In this document: positions 1 to 10,991 of the stretch, in pieces
Position numbering within the stretch: the stretch's first letter is position 1
Layout of the letters: each line of letters begins with the position of its first letter
Origin: Candidatus Bathyarchaeia archaeon
GTDB lineage: Archaea > Thermoproteota > CALKCG01 > B24
Direction: 5' to 3'
Assembly (NCBI GenBank): GCA_038870975.1
Contig: JAVZJD010000001.1
Coordinates: forward strand, 224,001 to 288,000
DNA length: 64,000 nt
The notes under the pieces: generated by a model
The model's database searches: none
What the model was told of the DNA's origin: nothing
Seen by the model: only the letters and a program-made list of their open reading frames with translations
Translations under genes and position numbers: made by a program

Positions 1-330
1 TATAGTTTTTTAGTTTAAAAACTCTTAAAGACGAACTCATCGTCCAAGTATGTAATAATCATTCTCAAAAGAACGGTAATAACGTTTCAACCTATAAAGA
101 AAACATCCAAAAACAGTTAAATCTGGAAAATGGAGCATTATGTGGAATTTCACACATGCGTTGAGTACTCGAAATTCTCCTAACACCATAAATTGTTTCC
201 CTCTTTCTTTCCTTATCTTAGTTAGAAAAGAAAGATTAACGATTACCTTAGCCGTTGTTTACAGGGGCTACTGGTTGCGTAAAAAGGTATTTTCCTCTTT
301 GAAAGAATAGAATAAGGGGATAGAAGCTGA

Positions 331-664
331 TTAATAGATGTACACGTCCATATACCTTTTTCAGGACTTGATGATATTGAAGTGACATTTGAGAAGTTAG
401 TGAGAGCTACCGAAAGAGCTGGCATCGATAAGCAGGTTGTTCTAGATCTCTCCAGCAATAATGAGTATGTTAAGGAGCTGGTGGATAAATATCGACAAAT
501 TAATAGGGTTTGCTAGAGGCTCTTGTACAGATCCCAACACGACAACAATTATAGAGAGATTCATAAGAGAATATGGCTTTAAAGGGGTGAAAATTCATGC
601 CGAGCCAAACTGGCCTTTGTCAGGTTTACTTAGCACCCGTGCTATTTTATCATCAAACTCTTAA
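331..664 (+). pseudogene. Amidohydrolase_2-family (TIM-barrel metallohydrolase) relic, frameshifted and truncated
   Basis: Frame from 331 reads LIDVHVHIPF...AGIDKQVV...NNEYVKELVDKY (DxHxH motif). A frameshift near 493 continues as DKLIGFA...GFKGVKIH, ending at the stop at 664. In-frame TGA directly upstream and no start codon. Confidence 0.7.
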
Positions 665-691
665 ATAGTTGAGAGAATTTAACTAAATACT

Positions 692-1111
692 ATGAATATG
701 GGAAAGGAATTGAGTTTAACGTTGATCATCGTAGTGTTTTTGGCTTTAGGCAACATAGACCCTTGCTTAGCTGAAAATGGTGTTGATCTATCATCGTTAA
801 TTTCAGAGATGATGTCCAATCCAATAGTACTCGCATCTTTCGCCGTAAAGTTTAGTCTAGGCTTAGCCTTAGGCTACTTTTCAGCTAAAGTGTTCAAATA
901 TATTCTAGCTTTAGTGGCTATTGCGTTAATAGGACTACTTCTCGACTTATGGCAACTCGGCGGACTAGGAGAGTTCTTCTCAAAGACGGGTTTAGACTGG
1001 CAGAAGACCTACTCTCTAATTCAAACAATCATATCTGCATTAGGAGTACTGACGATTCTTCCAATAGGTGTGGGTTTTTTAATAGGGGTTATAATAGCAG
1101 TAAAACGTTGA
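692..1111 (+). CDS. FUN14-like membrane protein
   Basis: Hydrophobic helices; LGLALGYFSAKVFK and C-terminal LPIGVGFLIG resemble the FUN14 family. Confidence 0.55.
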   Translation: MNMGKELSLTLIIVVFLALGNIDPCLAENGVDLSSLISEMMSNPIVLASFAVKFSLGLALGYFSAKVFKYILALVAIALIGLLLDLWQLGGLGEFFSKTGLDWQKTYSLIQTIISALGVLTILPIGVGFLIGVIIAVKR

Positions 1112-1193
1112 CTGCTATGGAGGTTGGAACTATTTAAGATGGATTTTCTCTTATAATAGTCAGAAATTTGTAAAAAAGGTTTATTTTTCTCAT

Positions 1194-1211
1194 GTAGATT
1201 GACTAATCTAC
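1194..1211. promoter_or_regulatory. Inverted repeat GTAGATT-gact-AATCTAC between a TATA-like element and the purF start
   Basis: Perfect 7-bp arms directly before the ATG at 1216. Confidence 0.3.
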
Positions 1212-1215
1212 GTTA

Positions 1216-2625
1216 ATGGCGTCTCCAATGAGTCTTAGAGAGTCTTGCGGTGTCTTCTCTTTTTCATCCAATTCAGACGCTGTGAACGTTTCACCGATGA
1301 TATTTAGCGGTCTCTTAGCCTTACAACATAGAGGCCAAGAGTCGGCTGGAATATCTGTAGTTAAAAACGGAAAAATATTAACATTTAAAGGCCTAGGTCT
1401 TGTAATAGAGGTTTTTAACTGGAATATCATGCAGAGTTTGAGTGCCCCGATTGGAATAGGACATGTACGGTATTCAACTTATGGCTCTTCAGACCTCATC
1501 AATGCACAGCCAATGGAATTTAATTCAAAACCTAAGTTTGCCCTATGCTTTAACGGTACGATAGCTAATTATGAAGAGCTTAGAACCGAGCTTGAACGCG
1601 AAGGCTACACATTTAAAACAACGTCAGATGCAGAAGTTATGGGATTTCTAATATCTAAAGCTCTCAAACGTAGTTTAAGCCTAACCGACGCTATTGCACA
1701 GGCGATGGAGAGACTGAAGGGTGCTTATTCAGCACTCCTACTGGCTGAAGATGGGACAATAACGGCTTTTAGAGACCCGTATGGATTTAGACCATTATGC
1801 CTGGGATATTTGAAGGACTTAGAGGCATACGTATTTTCATCTGAAACATCTGGGTTAGATTCAGTAGATGCAACTTTTATTGAGGATGTACAGCCTGGAT
1901 CTATAAATGTTTTAAAAGGTGGGGAAGTGACACGGCTAAAAGTGTATTCAAGTAATCATGCTCACTGCATGTTTGAATGGGTGTATTTTTCACGTCAAGA
2001 TTCAGTAGTAGAAGGGGTAGATGTTTTCAGCGTGAGATGGAAACTTGGGGAGAAGTTGGCCGAGCTTAATCCAGTAGAGGCCGACTATGTGGTTCCAGTT
2101 CCAGAGACTAGTAGAATAGCTGCTCTAGGTTTTTCATCGAAATCAGGTATACCTATAATGGAGGGGTTTGGCGTTAATAGATATGCTCTCCGAACATTTA
2201 TAATGCCTAGAGATAGAGGATATTTCGCAAGACTTAAATTGAACCCTCTGAAGCGGGTTTTAGAAGGCAAGCGTATAATCCTCATAGATGATAGTATCGT
2301 AAGAGGAACCACTTCTAGAGCAATAGCCTCAATGCTTAGAAAAGTTGGAGTTAAAGAAGTACATCTTAGAATAACGTGCCCACCTTTAATTGCACCATGC
2401 TATATGGGAGTTGATTTTCCGACGTTCGAAGAGCTTATTGCCTATAAGAGGGGGGTAGAAGACGTTAGAAAGCTTATAGGCGTCGACAGTTTAACATACA
2501 TGACAATCGACTATTTAGTTGAGGCTATAGGTCTACCTAGGAACGAGCTTTGTTTAGCATGTCTAACTGGCGAATACCCCGAGGAAATCGAACAGTTTTT
2601 GAGAAAAGAGGCGATTAAAAGATGA
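1216..2625 (+). CDS. purF: Amidophosphoribosyltransferase
   Basis: Propeptide then CGVF (Cys1), QHRGQESAG, GHVRYST, DDSIVRGTT PRPP loop, Fe-S cysteines (CLAC). Confidence 0.96.
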   Translation: MASPMSLRESCGVFSFSSNSDAVNVSPMIFSGLLALQHRGQESAGISVVKNGKILTFKGLGLVIEVFNWNIMQSLSAPIGIGHVRYSTYGSSDLINAQPMEFNSKPKFALCFNGTIANYEELRTELEREGYTFKTTSDAEVMGFLISKALKRSLSLTDAIAQAMERLKGAYSALLLAEDGTITAFRDPYGFRPLCLGYLKDLEAYVFSSETSGLDSVDATFIEDVQPGSINVLKGGEVTRLKVYSSNHAHCMFEWVYFSRQDSVVEGVDVFSVRWKLGEKLAELNPVEADYVVPVPETSRIAALGFSSKSGIPIMEGFGVNRYALRTFIMPRDRGYFARLKLNPLKRVLEGKRIILIDDSIVRGTTSRAIASMLRKVGVKEVHLRITCPPLIAPCYMGVDFPTFEELIAYKRGVEDVRKLIGVDSLTYMTIDYLVEAIGLPRNELCLACLTGEYPEEIEQFLRKEAIKR

Positions 2626-3899
2626 GCGGTGTAATCGGAATATTTGCATTCGATGAAAATTGGCCTGTCTCCAGGTTTCTATATTATGGCCTCATGGGTT
2701 TGCAACATAGAGGTCAAGAATCCACAGGTATCGTAACGCTTCAGCATAATAGGTTTTATAGAAGACTCTGTAAAGGATTGGCTGAAGAGTCTTTTAAAGA
2801 GGAAGATCTTAATGAGCTTAAGGGTAATGTTGGATGCGGCTCGGTCTCGACAAGTTCAGATATATTGCAACCTATCTTAGTAAAGGAAAGTGATAAAAGT
2901 ATAGTGTTAGCGTTTTCAGGAGCTATAATAAATGGCAGTCTTGAAGACTTTGCTTCAACACTTCTCAAGGAATACTTAAGAAGTGATCTCGATCAAGCCG
3001 CTTTGACCGTTATGGAGAAGTTCAAAGGAGGATACAGTTTTATAGCTTTAACAGATTGTGGGAAAATGGTTTCTGGAAGAGACCCTATGGGCATTAGACC
3101 ACTTTGCGTCGGAGGATTGGGGTTTGACTTAGCTGTTTTTGCATCAGAATCTTCGGCATTAGACGTTATAGGCTCCGACTTATCTAGGGAGGTTGAACCT
3201 GGAGAGATTATAACAGTTGAATTATTCAGCGTGAAGAAGGCTTCCCTACATTCCTGTAGTAGAACAGCATACTGTAGTTTTGAATACGTATATTATGCGA
3301 GACCGGACTCAATAGTGAACGGTATACCAGTGTATGATGTGAGGAGGCGTATTGGATTGGCTCTCGCCAGAGAAGAATCAGTTGAGGCAGATGTAGTCAT
3401 AGGTGTTCCCGAAACGGCTATACCATTTGCGATGGCTTATTCACAGGCTACGGGTATACCTGTGGAGATGGGATTCGTTAGAACAGGCAGGTCTATTAGA
3501 ACGGCTATAAAACCGACACAATTCGAAAGGCTGGTAGGTGTTCAGCTAAAACTCAATCCGATACAAGCAAGTGTGAGAGGTAGACGCGTCATCCTAATAG
3601 ATGATAGCGTCGTTAGAGGAACTACTCTTAGGAATACTGTTTATCTTCTTAGAAAGAAGGGAGCTAAAGAAGTCCATGTGAAAATTGGAAGCCCACCTAT
3701 AGTCGCAAGATGCCCATATGGAGCAACCGTACCACCCGAAGACGAACTCATAGGTAGAGCATTAACGTCTGATGAAATAGCCCAAGTTATAGGAGCCGAT
3801 AGTTTCAGTTATTTGAGTATGAATGGACTCCTCAATGCCATTGGACTCCCCAGAGAGAAACTGTGTTTAGGATGTTTTACAGGAGAATACCCCGTTTAG
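2622..3899 (+). CDS. purF: PurF paralog lacking the catalytic N-terminal Cys
   Basis: QHRGQES, DDSVVRGTT, CLGC. N-terminus is MSGVIG and the GHVRYST motif is absent. ATGA overlap with the first purF. Confidence 0.88.
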   Translation: MSGVIGIFAFDENWPVSRFLYYGLMGLQHRGQESTGIVTLQHNRFYRRLCKGLAEESFKEEDLNELKGNVGCGSVSTSSDILQPILVKESDKSIVLAFSGAIINGSLEDFASTLLKEYLRSDLDQAALTVMEKFKGGYSFIALTDCGKMVSGRDPMGIRPLCVGGLGFDLAVFASESSALDVIGSDLSREVEPGEIITVELFSVKKASLHSCSRTAYCSFEYVYYARPDSIVNGIPVYDVRRRIGLALAREESVEADVVIGVPETAIPFAMAYSQATGIPVEMGFVRTGRSIRTAIKPTQFERLVGVQLKLNPIQASVRGRRVILIDDSVVRGTTLRNTVYLLRKKGAKEVHVKIGSPPIVARCPYGATVPPEDELIGRALTSDEIAQVIGADSFSYLSMNGLLNAIGLPREKLCLGCFTGEYPV

Positions 3900-3978
3900 T
3901 TTTTACAAAAACTAATCAATAAAGATTAAAGGTATGCTTATTCTTGCACTAATATGTGCAATTAGAAGGTGAATTGTA

Positions 3979-5448
3979 GTGAAGGTCTTAGTTGTTGGCG
4001 ATGGCTCAAGAGAACAGGCCATAGCTGAGGCTTTTTCCAGAAGCACCAAACAGCCGAGGATGTATGCGATAATGAAACTTATAAACCCGGGTATAGCGAG
4101 AGTCTGCAACTCTACTGGCGGAGGATTCAAAAGGGGAGACCCGACAGACCCCGTGCAAGTTGCCAATTACGCCGAAAGTCTTAATGTTGATTTTGTATTT
4201 GTAGGTCCTGAAGAGCCGTTGTTCCACGGTGTGGCAGATGAGGTTGAACGGAGAGGTATATGCTGTATAGGAGCAAAGAAAGCCTTAGCGGAGATAGAGA
4301 TGTCTAAGGCTTTCATGAGACGTTTAATGTGGAAGTATGAAGTGCCAGGTAGGCTTCGATTCAAAGCATTTAAAAATATTGAGGATGCGTTAGCCTATAT
4401 AAACGAGTACGCTGAGAGTTTAGCTATAAAACCAGCTCGACAGGCCGGAGGAAAGGGTGTTAAAGTTATAGCGGATCTTCAAGCATATCTCTCCAAAGAA
4501 AAGAGGGATGTTAAAGCTAAACATGCTATCGCAGTGTTTGAAAAGTATATGAGTGAGTATTCTGACATTGAAGACCGTATACTTATAGAGGAGAAGGTTG
4601 AAGGCCCAGAGTACACACTACACTGTTTTTCCGATGGTAAAACTGTTCTGCCAATGCCTTTAGTTCAAGATAATAAACACGCTTTCAATGAAGATATAGG
4701 TCCCGAAACTGGTGGAATGGGCTCTATAAAGGGTAGGGGATTAACCCTTCCATTCATAACTATGGATGAATACAACCGTTCAGTAGAGATAGTGAAGAGA
4801 CTTGTTGAAGCCGTCCAGAGAGAGTCCGATGAAGAGTATAGAGGCGTCATAGCTGGACAGATGATGTTAACTGACAAGTGGGGTCCAACGATTATAGAAA
4901 TGTATAGCCGTTTTGGGCAACCTGAAGGTGAAAATATTCTACCGCTTCTTGAAACAGACATCGTTGAAATTTGCGAAGCCATAGCAAGTCAAAGCTTGGC
5001 TAAAGTAAAGCTCAAATTTAGAGAAGAGGCCACTGTGATAAAGTGTTTAGCACCGAGGGGATATCCAGACCATAGGGATCTCGCTAAGGGTCATCCAATA
5101 TGGATTGATGAAAAAAACATCGAAAAAATGGGAGGGAAAGTTTTCTGGAGTTCAGTAGATACTGTTAATGGGTCATATCTTACAGGCGGCTCTAGAGCAT
5201 GTGAGATCTACGCAGAAGCTGAAACGATAGAAGAGGCTTCTCAAATCGTAGAGAAGTGTATACCTTACGTGAGACTTTTAGATGGATGGGAATTATTTTA
5301 CAGGAGCGATATAGGTAGTCCCAGTCTTCTTGAGAAACGGAGGAAACTGGCTGAAATCGTTAGAGAAATCTATCAGTATAGGGAGAAGAAGAATATACTA
5401 GGTAAGACTATAGATTGGATTCCAGGTAGAGGAAAGATAGAGGTGTAG
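3979..5448 (+). CDS. purD: Phosphoribosylamine--glycine ligase (crenarchaeal type)
   Basis: [36 protein letters not shown]-grasp. Confidence 0.95.
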   Translation: MKVLVVGDGSREQAIAEAFSRSTKQPRMYAIMKLINPGIARVCNSTGGGFKRGDPTDPVQVANYAESLNVDFVFVGPEEPLFHGVADEVERRGICCIGAKKALAEIEMSKAFMRRLMWKYEVPGRLRFKAFKNIEDALAYINEYAESLAIKPARQAGGKGVKVIADLQAYLSKEKRDVKAKHAIAVFEKYMSEYSDIEDRILIEEKVEGPEYTLHCFSDGKTVLPMPLVQDNKHAFNEDIGPETGGMGSIKGRGLTLPFITMDEYNRSVEIVKRLVEAVQRESDEEYRGVIAGQMMLTDKWGPTIIEMYSRFGQPEGENILPLLETDIVEICEAIASQSLAKVKLKFREEATVIKCLAPRGYPDHRDLAKGHPIWIDEKNIEKMGGKVFWSSVDTVNGSYLTGGSRACEIYAEAETIEEASQIVEKCIPYVRLLDGWELFYRSDIGSPSLLEKRRKLAEIVREIYQYREKKNILGKTIDWIPGRGKIEV

Positions 5449-5453
5449 AGCAT

Positions 5454-6710
5454 ATGAGCTTTTTAAGAAAACTAGATATTGTTGAGAAGATAGACCCAGA
5501 AATAGCTCAACTCGTATTAAGAGAGTTGGATAGGCAGGTTTATGGATTGGATCTGATAGCCTCTGAAAATTATGCCGATGAAGCAGTGATACAAGTTCAA
5601 GCATCGGTTTTGACTAATAAATACGCAGAGGGTTACCCAGGTAAAAGGTACTATAGCGGATGTGAAATATATGACCGGATAGAAAGTATAGCTGTAGAAA
5701 GAGCCAAAAGACTCTTTAACGCCGAACATGCAAATGTACAACCACACTCTGGCTCACAGGCAAACCTAGCCGTTTACTTGGCGTTTTTGAAGCCTGGAGA
5801 CACTGTTTTAGCTATGGATCTTGCTCAGGGAGGGCATCTTACACACGGTAGTCCCATAAATTTCTCGGGGATGATTTACAAGTTTGTACATTATGGTGTA
5901 GATAGGACTACGGAGCTCATAGATTATGATCGAGTTGAAAAACTGGCCTTAGAGTATAAACCTAAGATGGTGGTTGCTGGTGCAAGTGCATATCCAAGAG
6001 AGATAGACTTTAAAAGGTTTAGGGAGATATGTGATGAAGTTGGAGCATACCTCTTAGTAGATATGGCTCATATAGCTGGCTTAATAGCAGCTGGCCTACA
6101 TATGAGCCCTGTTCCCTACGCAGATTTCGTAACAAGTACAACGCAGAAGACACTTAAAGGCCCTAGAGGGGGATTTATACTTTGCCGTAAAGAGTACGCT
6201 GAAGCCATAGATAGAGCAGTATTTCCAGGTACACAAAGCGGCCCACTTATGCACATAATAGCAGCTAAAGCAGTAGCCTTCAAGCTGGCTTCTACAGAAG
6301 AATTTAAAGAGTATCAGCGCCTGATAGTTAGAGACTCTAAGGCTTTGGCCACATCATTGGACAGTAGGGGGTATAGAATTGTAAGCGGTGGAACGGATAA
6401 CCATCTTCTGCTTTTGGACCTTAGAGGGGTGGGGATTACAGGTAGGACAGCTCAGGATGTACTTGAAAAAGTTCGGATTTATGTAAATAAGAACTTAGTA
6501 CCTTATGACGAAAAACCGCCGTATATAACAAGCGGTATTAGGCTCGGAACACCATGCGTAGCTGCCAGAGGTATGAGAGAATCAGAGATGGATGTTATAG
6601 CTAGGTTTATAGACACTGCTTTAAAAAATAGACGTGATAGTCTTACACTGAAGAAGATTGAGGAGGAAGTTGTCGAACTCTGCAGAGAGTTTCCCATATA
6701 CGGGGATTAG
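5454..6710 (+). CDS. glyA: Serine hydroxymethyltransferase, bacterial/THF type
   Basis: [55 protein letters not shown]. Confidence 0.97.
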   Translation: MSFLRKLDIVEKIDPEIAQLVLRELDRQVYGLDLIASENYADEAVIQVQASVLTNKYAEGYPGKRYYSGCEIYDRIESIAVERAKRLFNAEHANVQPHSGSQANLAVYLAFLKPGDTVLAMDLAQGGHLTHGSPINFSGMIYKFVHYGVDRTTELIDYDRVEKLALEYKPKMVVAGASAYPREIDFKRFREICDEVGAYLLVDMAHIAGLIAAGLHMSPVPYADFVTSTTQKTLKGPRGGFILCRKEYAEAIDRAVFPGTQSGPLMHIIAAKAVAFKLASTEEFKEYQRLIVRDSKALATSLDSRGYRIVSGGTDNHLLLLDLRGVGITGRTAQDVLEKVRIYVNKNLVPYDEKPPYITSGIRLGTPCVAARGMRESEMDVIARFIDTALKNRRDSLTLKKIEEEVVELCREFPIYGD

Positions 6711-6712
6711 CC

Positions 6713-7570
6713 TTGAACAGACCTATAATCATGGATGGTAAATCATTATCATTAACTTTTATTGAGAAGTTTAAAGTGGAAATATCGCACTTAGCCGATG
6801 CTGATATAATTCCCAGTTTATCTATAATTATGGTTGGTGAAGACCCTGCTTCAAAAATCTTCGTTAGGAATAAGCTACGCCTTTGCGAAAACATTGGCGT
6901 AAATGCAAAAGTCTTGGCTAAGCCGAGCAACATAAGTGAGGAAGAACTATTGAAGGTTATAAAAGACCTTAACGAAGATGAAAAAGTTCATGGAATATTA
7001 GTTCAACTTCCGCTTCCACCGCATATAAACATATCTAGAATTTTAGCGGCTATAGAACCTTCTAAAGATATAGATGGATTAACTCCTCTAAACTTAGGTA
7101 GACTTATGCATGGTGATGAAACTTTAGCACCATGTGGTGCTAAAGCTGTTATGGAAATTCTAACAGCATATAGAGTCGATCTTGAAGGCCTCAATGTCTG
7201 CATTGTAAGCAATAGCATACTAGTTGGCAAACCTCTGGCAATAATGGCGACGAACAGATTTGCCACCGTAACAGTATGCCATGTAAAAACAAAGAATCTA
7301 AAAGAGTACACATCGACTGCGGACGTTCTAATTTCAGCTACAGGAGCCCCACACATCATCAAACCAGATATGGTTAAGGAGGGGGCTATTGTTGTAGATG
7401 TGGGAATAGCGAAATTAGGTGGAAAAACTGTTGGTGATGTAGACTTTGAAAACGTTAAAAATCGGGCATCTATGATAACTCCTGTGCCAGGTGGGGTTGG
7501 ACCTATGACAGTAGTAATGGTGATTGCGAACCTTTTAAATGCAGTAAAGCTTCAGAAGTGTTTAGTATGA
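6713..7570 (+). CDS. folD: Methylene-THF dehydrogenase/cyclohydrolase
   Basis: GILVQLPLP, KDIDG, VGKPL, ITPVPGGVGPMT. Confidence 0.96.
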   Translation: MNRPIIMDGKSLSLTFIEKFKVEISHLADADIIPSLSIIMVGEDPASKIFVRNKLRLCENIGVNAKVLAKPSNISEEELLKVIKDLNEDEKVHGILVQLPLPPHINISRILAAIEPSKDIDGLTPLNLGRLMHGDETLAPCGAKAVMEILTAYRVDLEGLNVCIVSNSILVGKPLAIMATNRFATVTVCHVKTKNLKEYTSTADVLISATGAPHIIKPDMVKEGAIVVDVGIAKLGGKTVGDVDFENVKNRASMITPVPGGVGPMTVVMVIANLLNAVKLQKCLV

Positions 7571-8259
7571 GCTACGGTAACGTAGATACGACATATATAT
7601 TCCAACCTGTGAAGGATAGACCGATAAGGCTTATTGTGCTCGGATCAACTAGAGGAACAGACCTACAGGCAATAATAGATGCTATAACATCAGGTACTCT
7701 TAATGCTGAAGTGGTTTGCGTCATAAGTGATAGGAAGAACGCATACATCCTTGAAAGAGCTAGACAAAATGGGATTGAAGCCCTATTTATAAATCCTAAA
7801 GGTCTAACTAGAGAAGAATATGATAAGTTGATTATGGACGAGATTGAAAAACGTTCCCCAGTAGATCTTATACTTTTAATCGGGTATATGCGGATACTTA
7901 GTAGCCAATTCGTCAGAAAATACCGATGGCGGATAGTTAACATCCACCCGTCGCTCCTGCCAGCTTTTGCGGGAGGTATGGATCTTGATGTACATAAGGC
8001 AGTCTTAGATTATGGTGTTAAAGTTACAGGATGTACTCTACATTTTGTTGATGAAGGCGTAGATACAGGGCCGATTATTCTTCAAAAGCCAGTTATGGTC
8101 GATGAGAGTGACACGCCTGAAACACTTAAAACTAAAGTGCAGAAGGCGGAACAGGAGATTATCCTCGAAGCCATAAAGCTTTTTCAGCAAGGATTAATTA
8201 AAGTAGAGGGTAGGCGTGTGAGAATACTTAGAGACAGGATCTCATTTGAGCAATTATAA
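7567..8259 (+). CDS. purN: Phosphoribosylglycinamide formyltransferase (folate-dependent)
   Basis: GSTRGTDLQAI, GYMRIL, NIHPSLLP, TGCTLHFVDEGVDTGPII. Start placed at the ATG overlapping the folD stop. Confidence 0.95.
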   Translation: MSYGNVDTTYIFQPVKDRPIRLIVLGSTRGTDLQAIIDAITSGTLNAEVVCVISDRKNAYILERARQNGIEALFINPKGLTREEYDKLIMDEIEKRSPVDLILLIGYMRILSSQFVRKYRWRIVNIHPSLLPAFAGGMDLDVHKAVLDYGVKVTGCTLHFVDEGVDTGPIILQKPVMVDESDTPETLKTKVQKAEQEIILEAIKLFQQGLIKVEGRRVRILRDRISFEQL

Positions 8260-9583
8260 TGAGGTTACAGAATACATATACAATCTCAAAAGGCTCGGGT
8301 CTAAGTTAGACCTTAGAAACATTCGGAGACTTCTAAAATTAATAGGGAACCCCCAAAATTCGTTTAGATCTATACTTGTTGGAGGGACAAACGGTAAGGG
8401 TTCAACAGCCACGATGATAGCATCCATACTTATGGAAGAGGGATTTAGAGTCGGCTTGTTCACCAAGCCGCATCTCTCGAGCTACACAGAAAGATTTACT
8501 GTTAACGGTGTATCAATATCTGAGGGAGACGTTGTTAGAATATTCTATGAGCTTAAACCATACATGGAAAGAATGTCTCTATGTAAACGATATAGACATC
8601 CGAGTTTCTTCGAAGCAACAGTAGCTTTGGCGTTTAAGTATTTCTGTGAACAGAATGTAGATTTTGCTGTTGTTGAAGTAGGATTAGGAGGCCGATTAGA
8701 TGCCACGAATGTTTTGAACCCCTTGGTTTCGGTGATAACAAACGTTCATCTTGAACATACCAAAATCCTCGGAGATACCATTGATAAGATAGCTTGGGAG
8801 AAAGCTCATATAATAAAGTCTAACGGATTAGCTATAACAGCGACTGATAGGGAGGAGGCGTTTAGCGTCATAAGTAAAATCGCCCGGAGGAGGAGAGCAA
8901 GACTTTTCCGAGTCGGCTCAGATCTAACATTCAACATAAAGAGAGCAGATTTAAATGGAGAAAAATTTGATGTTAAAGGTTTAACAACGTATTACAAAGA
9001 CCTAGAGGTAAAAATGTTAGGGCTCCACCAGGTTGTTAACGGTACACTTGCTGTTGGAGCTGTCGAGCTATTAGAACTTAGAGGTTTAGACGTGTCTGAG
9101 AACGCTATCAGAAGAGGACTTAAAAGGGCTTTTATACCCGGAAGGTTTGAAGTCGTTCAGAAAAACCCTATGGTAATATTAGACTGCGCTAAAGATCCAG
9201 TAGCCGCATCGACTTTTAAAAGTGAATTTATGCGGTTATTTAACGGTAAAAAAGCTATTCTTGTCGTAAGTATATCATCTGATAAGGACTATAGAAGCAT
9301 GATGAGAGAGTTCTGTAGTTTCTCTGAAGTTATTATTACCTGTAAACATAAAGTCATGGAGAGGGGATTAAACCCTGATATTTTAGCTTCAGAGGCGGAA
9401 AAATACGGTAGAACCACCATTATAATGGACGACGTTAAAGAGGCTGTTAAAGAGGCTTTAAAAATAGCTTCAAAAGACGATGTAATAGTTGTTACAGGTT
9501 CAGTGTTCACCGTAGGTGAAGCGAGAGAACTTTGGTTTAATAAAGTGGGTTGGATTGGTAGAGAGTTTAATGAGTCAATTTAG
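8246..9583 (+). CDS. folC: Folylpolyglutamate synthase/dihydrofolate synthase
   Basis: GTNGKGS, PHL, FFE, EVGLGGRLDATN, PGRFE, TGSVF. Confidence 0.95.
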   Translation: MSNYNEVTEYIYNLKRLGSKLDLRNIRRLLKLIGNPQNSFRSILVGGTNGKGSTATMIASILMEEGFRVGLFTKPHLSSYTERFTVNGVSISEGDVVRIFYELKPYMERMSLCKRYRHPSFFEATVALAFKYFCEQNVDFAVVEVGLGGRLDATNVLNPLVSVITNVHLEHTKILGDTIDKIAWEKAHIIKSNGLAITATDREEAFSVISKIARRRRARLFRVGSDLTFNIKRADLNGEKFDVKGLTTYYKDLEVKMLGLHQVVNGTLAVGAVELLELRGLDVSENAIRRGLKRAFIPGRFEVVQKNPMVILDCAKDPVAASTFKSEFMRLFNGKKAILVVSISSDKDYRSMMREFCSFSEVIITCKHKVMERGLNPDILASEAEKYGRTTIIMDDVKEAVKEALKIASKDDVIVVTGSVFTVGEARELWFNKVGWIGREFNESI

Positions 9584-9595
9584 GAGGTCATTTTC

Positions 9596-10081
9596 TTGAG
9601 AAAGAATTGGAGCATATGTATCCACTATAGAGATGAAACATTCGACCCGCTAAGCAGAAGAACAGCTTGGGAAATTCAGGATTTAGGTATTAGCGGGGTA
9701 GAGAGCGTTAAAACAGTTCAAGTTTTTCAACTAGTGGGGCAGTTAGACGACGAAGATATCAGAGTGTTATGTGAAGAGCTCTTACACGACCCTATAGTTC
9801 AGCAATATTACTATATTGAGGGGGTTGACGCATCCCCTCTTTTTAAGACCCCTAATACCTGGTCTATTGAAGTACGACTCAAACCCGGTGTATTCGACAG
9901 CTTGGCTGAAAGTGTTATTGAGGGCGCTAAAGTTATAGGTATCCATGATATTGAAAAGGTTGAAACCTACATGGTTTATCTCATACGCGGAAGCTTGAGC
10001 TATGAAAAGGTTGAGCTTATATGTAGAAGATGTTTAGCTAACCCTATAATCCACAATTATAAGATATATCCACCCTCCTAA
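9596..10081 (+). CDS. purS: FGAM synthase PurS-like subunit with two tandem PurS domains
   Basis: Two repeats ending LLHDPIVQQY and LANPIIHNY; IEVRLKPGVFD motif. Confidence 0.8.
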   Translation: MRKNWSICIHYRDETFDPLSRRTAWEIQDLGISGVESVKTVQVFQLVGQLDDEDIRVLCEELLHDPIVQQYYYIEGVDASPLFKTPNTWSIEVRLKPGVFDSLAESVIEGAKVIGIHDIEKVETYMVYLIRGSLSYEKVELICRRCLANPIIHNYKIYPPS

Positions 10082-10133
10082 ATTCTAATATTTATGTCGG
10101 AGGGACCTTAGAAAAACTCAACGTAGCGAAATT

Positions 10134-10991
10134 CTAGGGTGAAGATGAATTGTAGCTACGCCATGGCTCATGATTGCTTTCATACCATAGAAGATGTGCT
10201 CTAAGGAAAGTTATGAAAGCTAATAAAATTAAAAGTAGCAACCATATTATTGGAAGCTTTGAATAGAATCCTCTATCTATATTCTCGATAATTCTCTGAA
10301 AAACCATAGGGTTATTACTTTTGAAATTTGAAAGTAGATTTTTGACATCCTCTAAATTTTTATCAAGACTTAGAATCCTATTCTTTTCTACTTTTATTTT
10401 TTTAAATAAAATTGAGCCATCAATTCTTATAATTCCTTTTTCAGTTAAATGAGTTTCAACCAGTTTTAGTATAAAACTAGAGCTAGTGGGAATACCGAAA
10501 AATCCTGATACCCCTCTTAAATCTAAAATTTTCCGTGTTATATTGTAGACGCTCAGTGGCCTGTCTTCCATTAAAACCTTAGTCAAAATAGTGTTTTCGA
10601 GGCTATTGTCTCCTAGATCTGTTGAAGTTGCCTTGCGAACCACCACCACTGGGAATTTTATCAAACCACTGAAAATACTCTCCTCGGAAAGGTCCATGTA
10701 GACTAGACCTTTTTCTTCAAGTCATATAAGTGAGCCGGCTATAATCATGATAGAAACGCTTCTTTCATCAACACTCACATTTGAGGTTGGTGATTTAAAA
10801 CCTCTCACTCCAAACATGAGCTGCATAAGCCTTAGAGGTGGTAGAAAATGGTCTGGGAAAAGATATATAAGCGCTGAGGGGGCTGTTAAGCCTTCAACAT
10901 ACATGAAACGTATAGGCTTTCCACAGTAAGGACAGTAGTAAGCTCCACTTGGAATAGCCCTCCCACAATCAGGACAGTACAATTGATGCAC
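10134..10991 (-). pseudogene. Zinc-ribbon plus helical domain plus C-terminal TM protein interrupted by one in-frame TGA (10722-10724)
   Basis: ORFs 10722-10991 and 10134-10697 share a frame and join as ...IAGSLI*LEEKGLVYMDLS...; N-terminal CPDCG...CPYCG. Confidence 0.6.
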
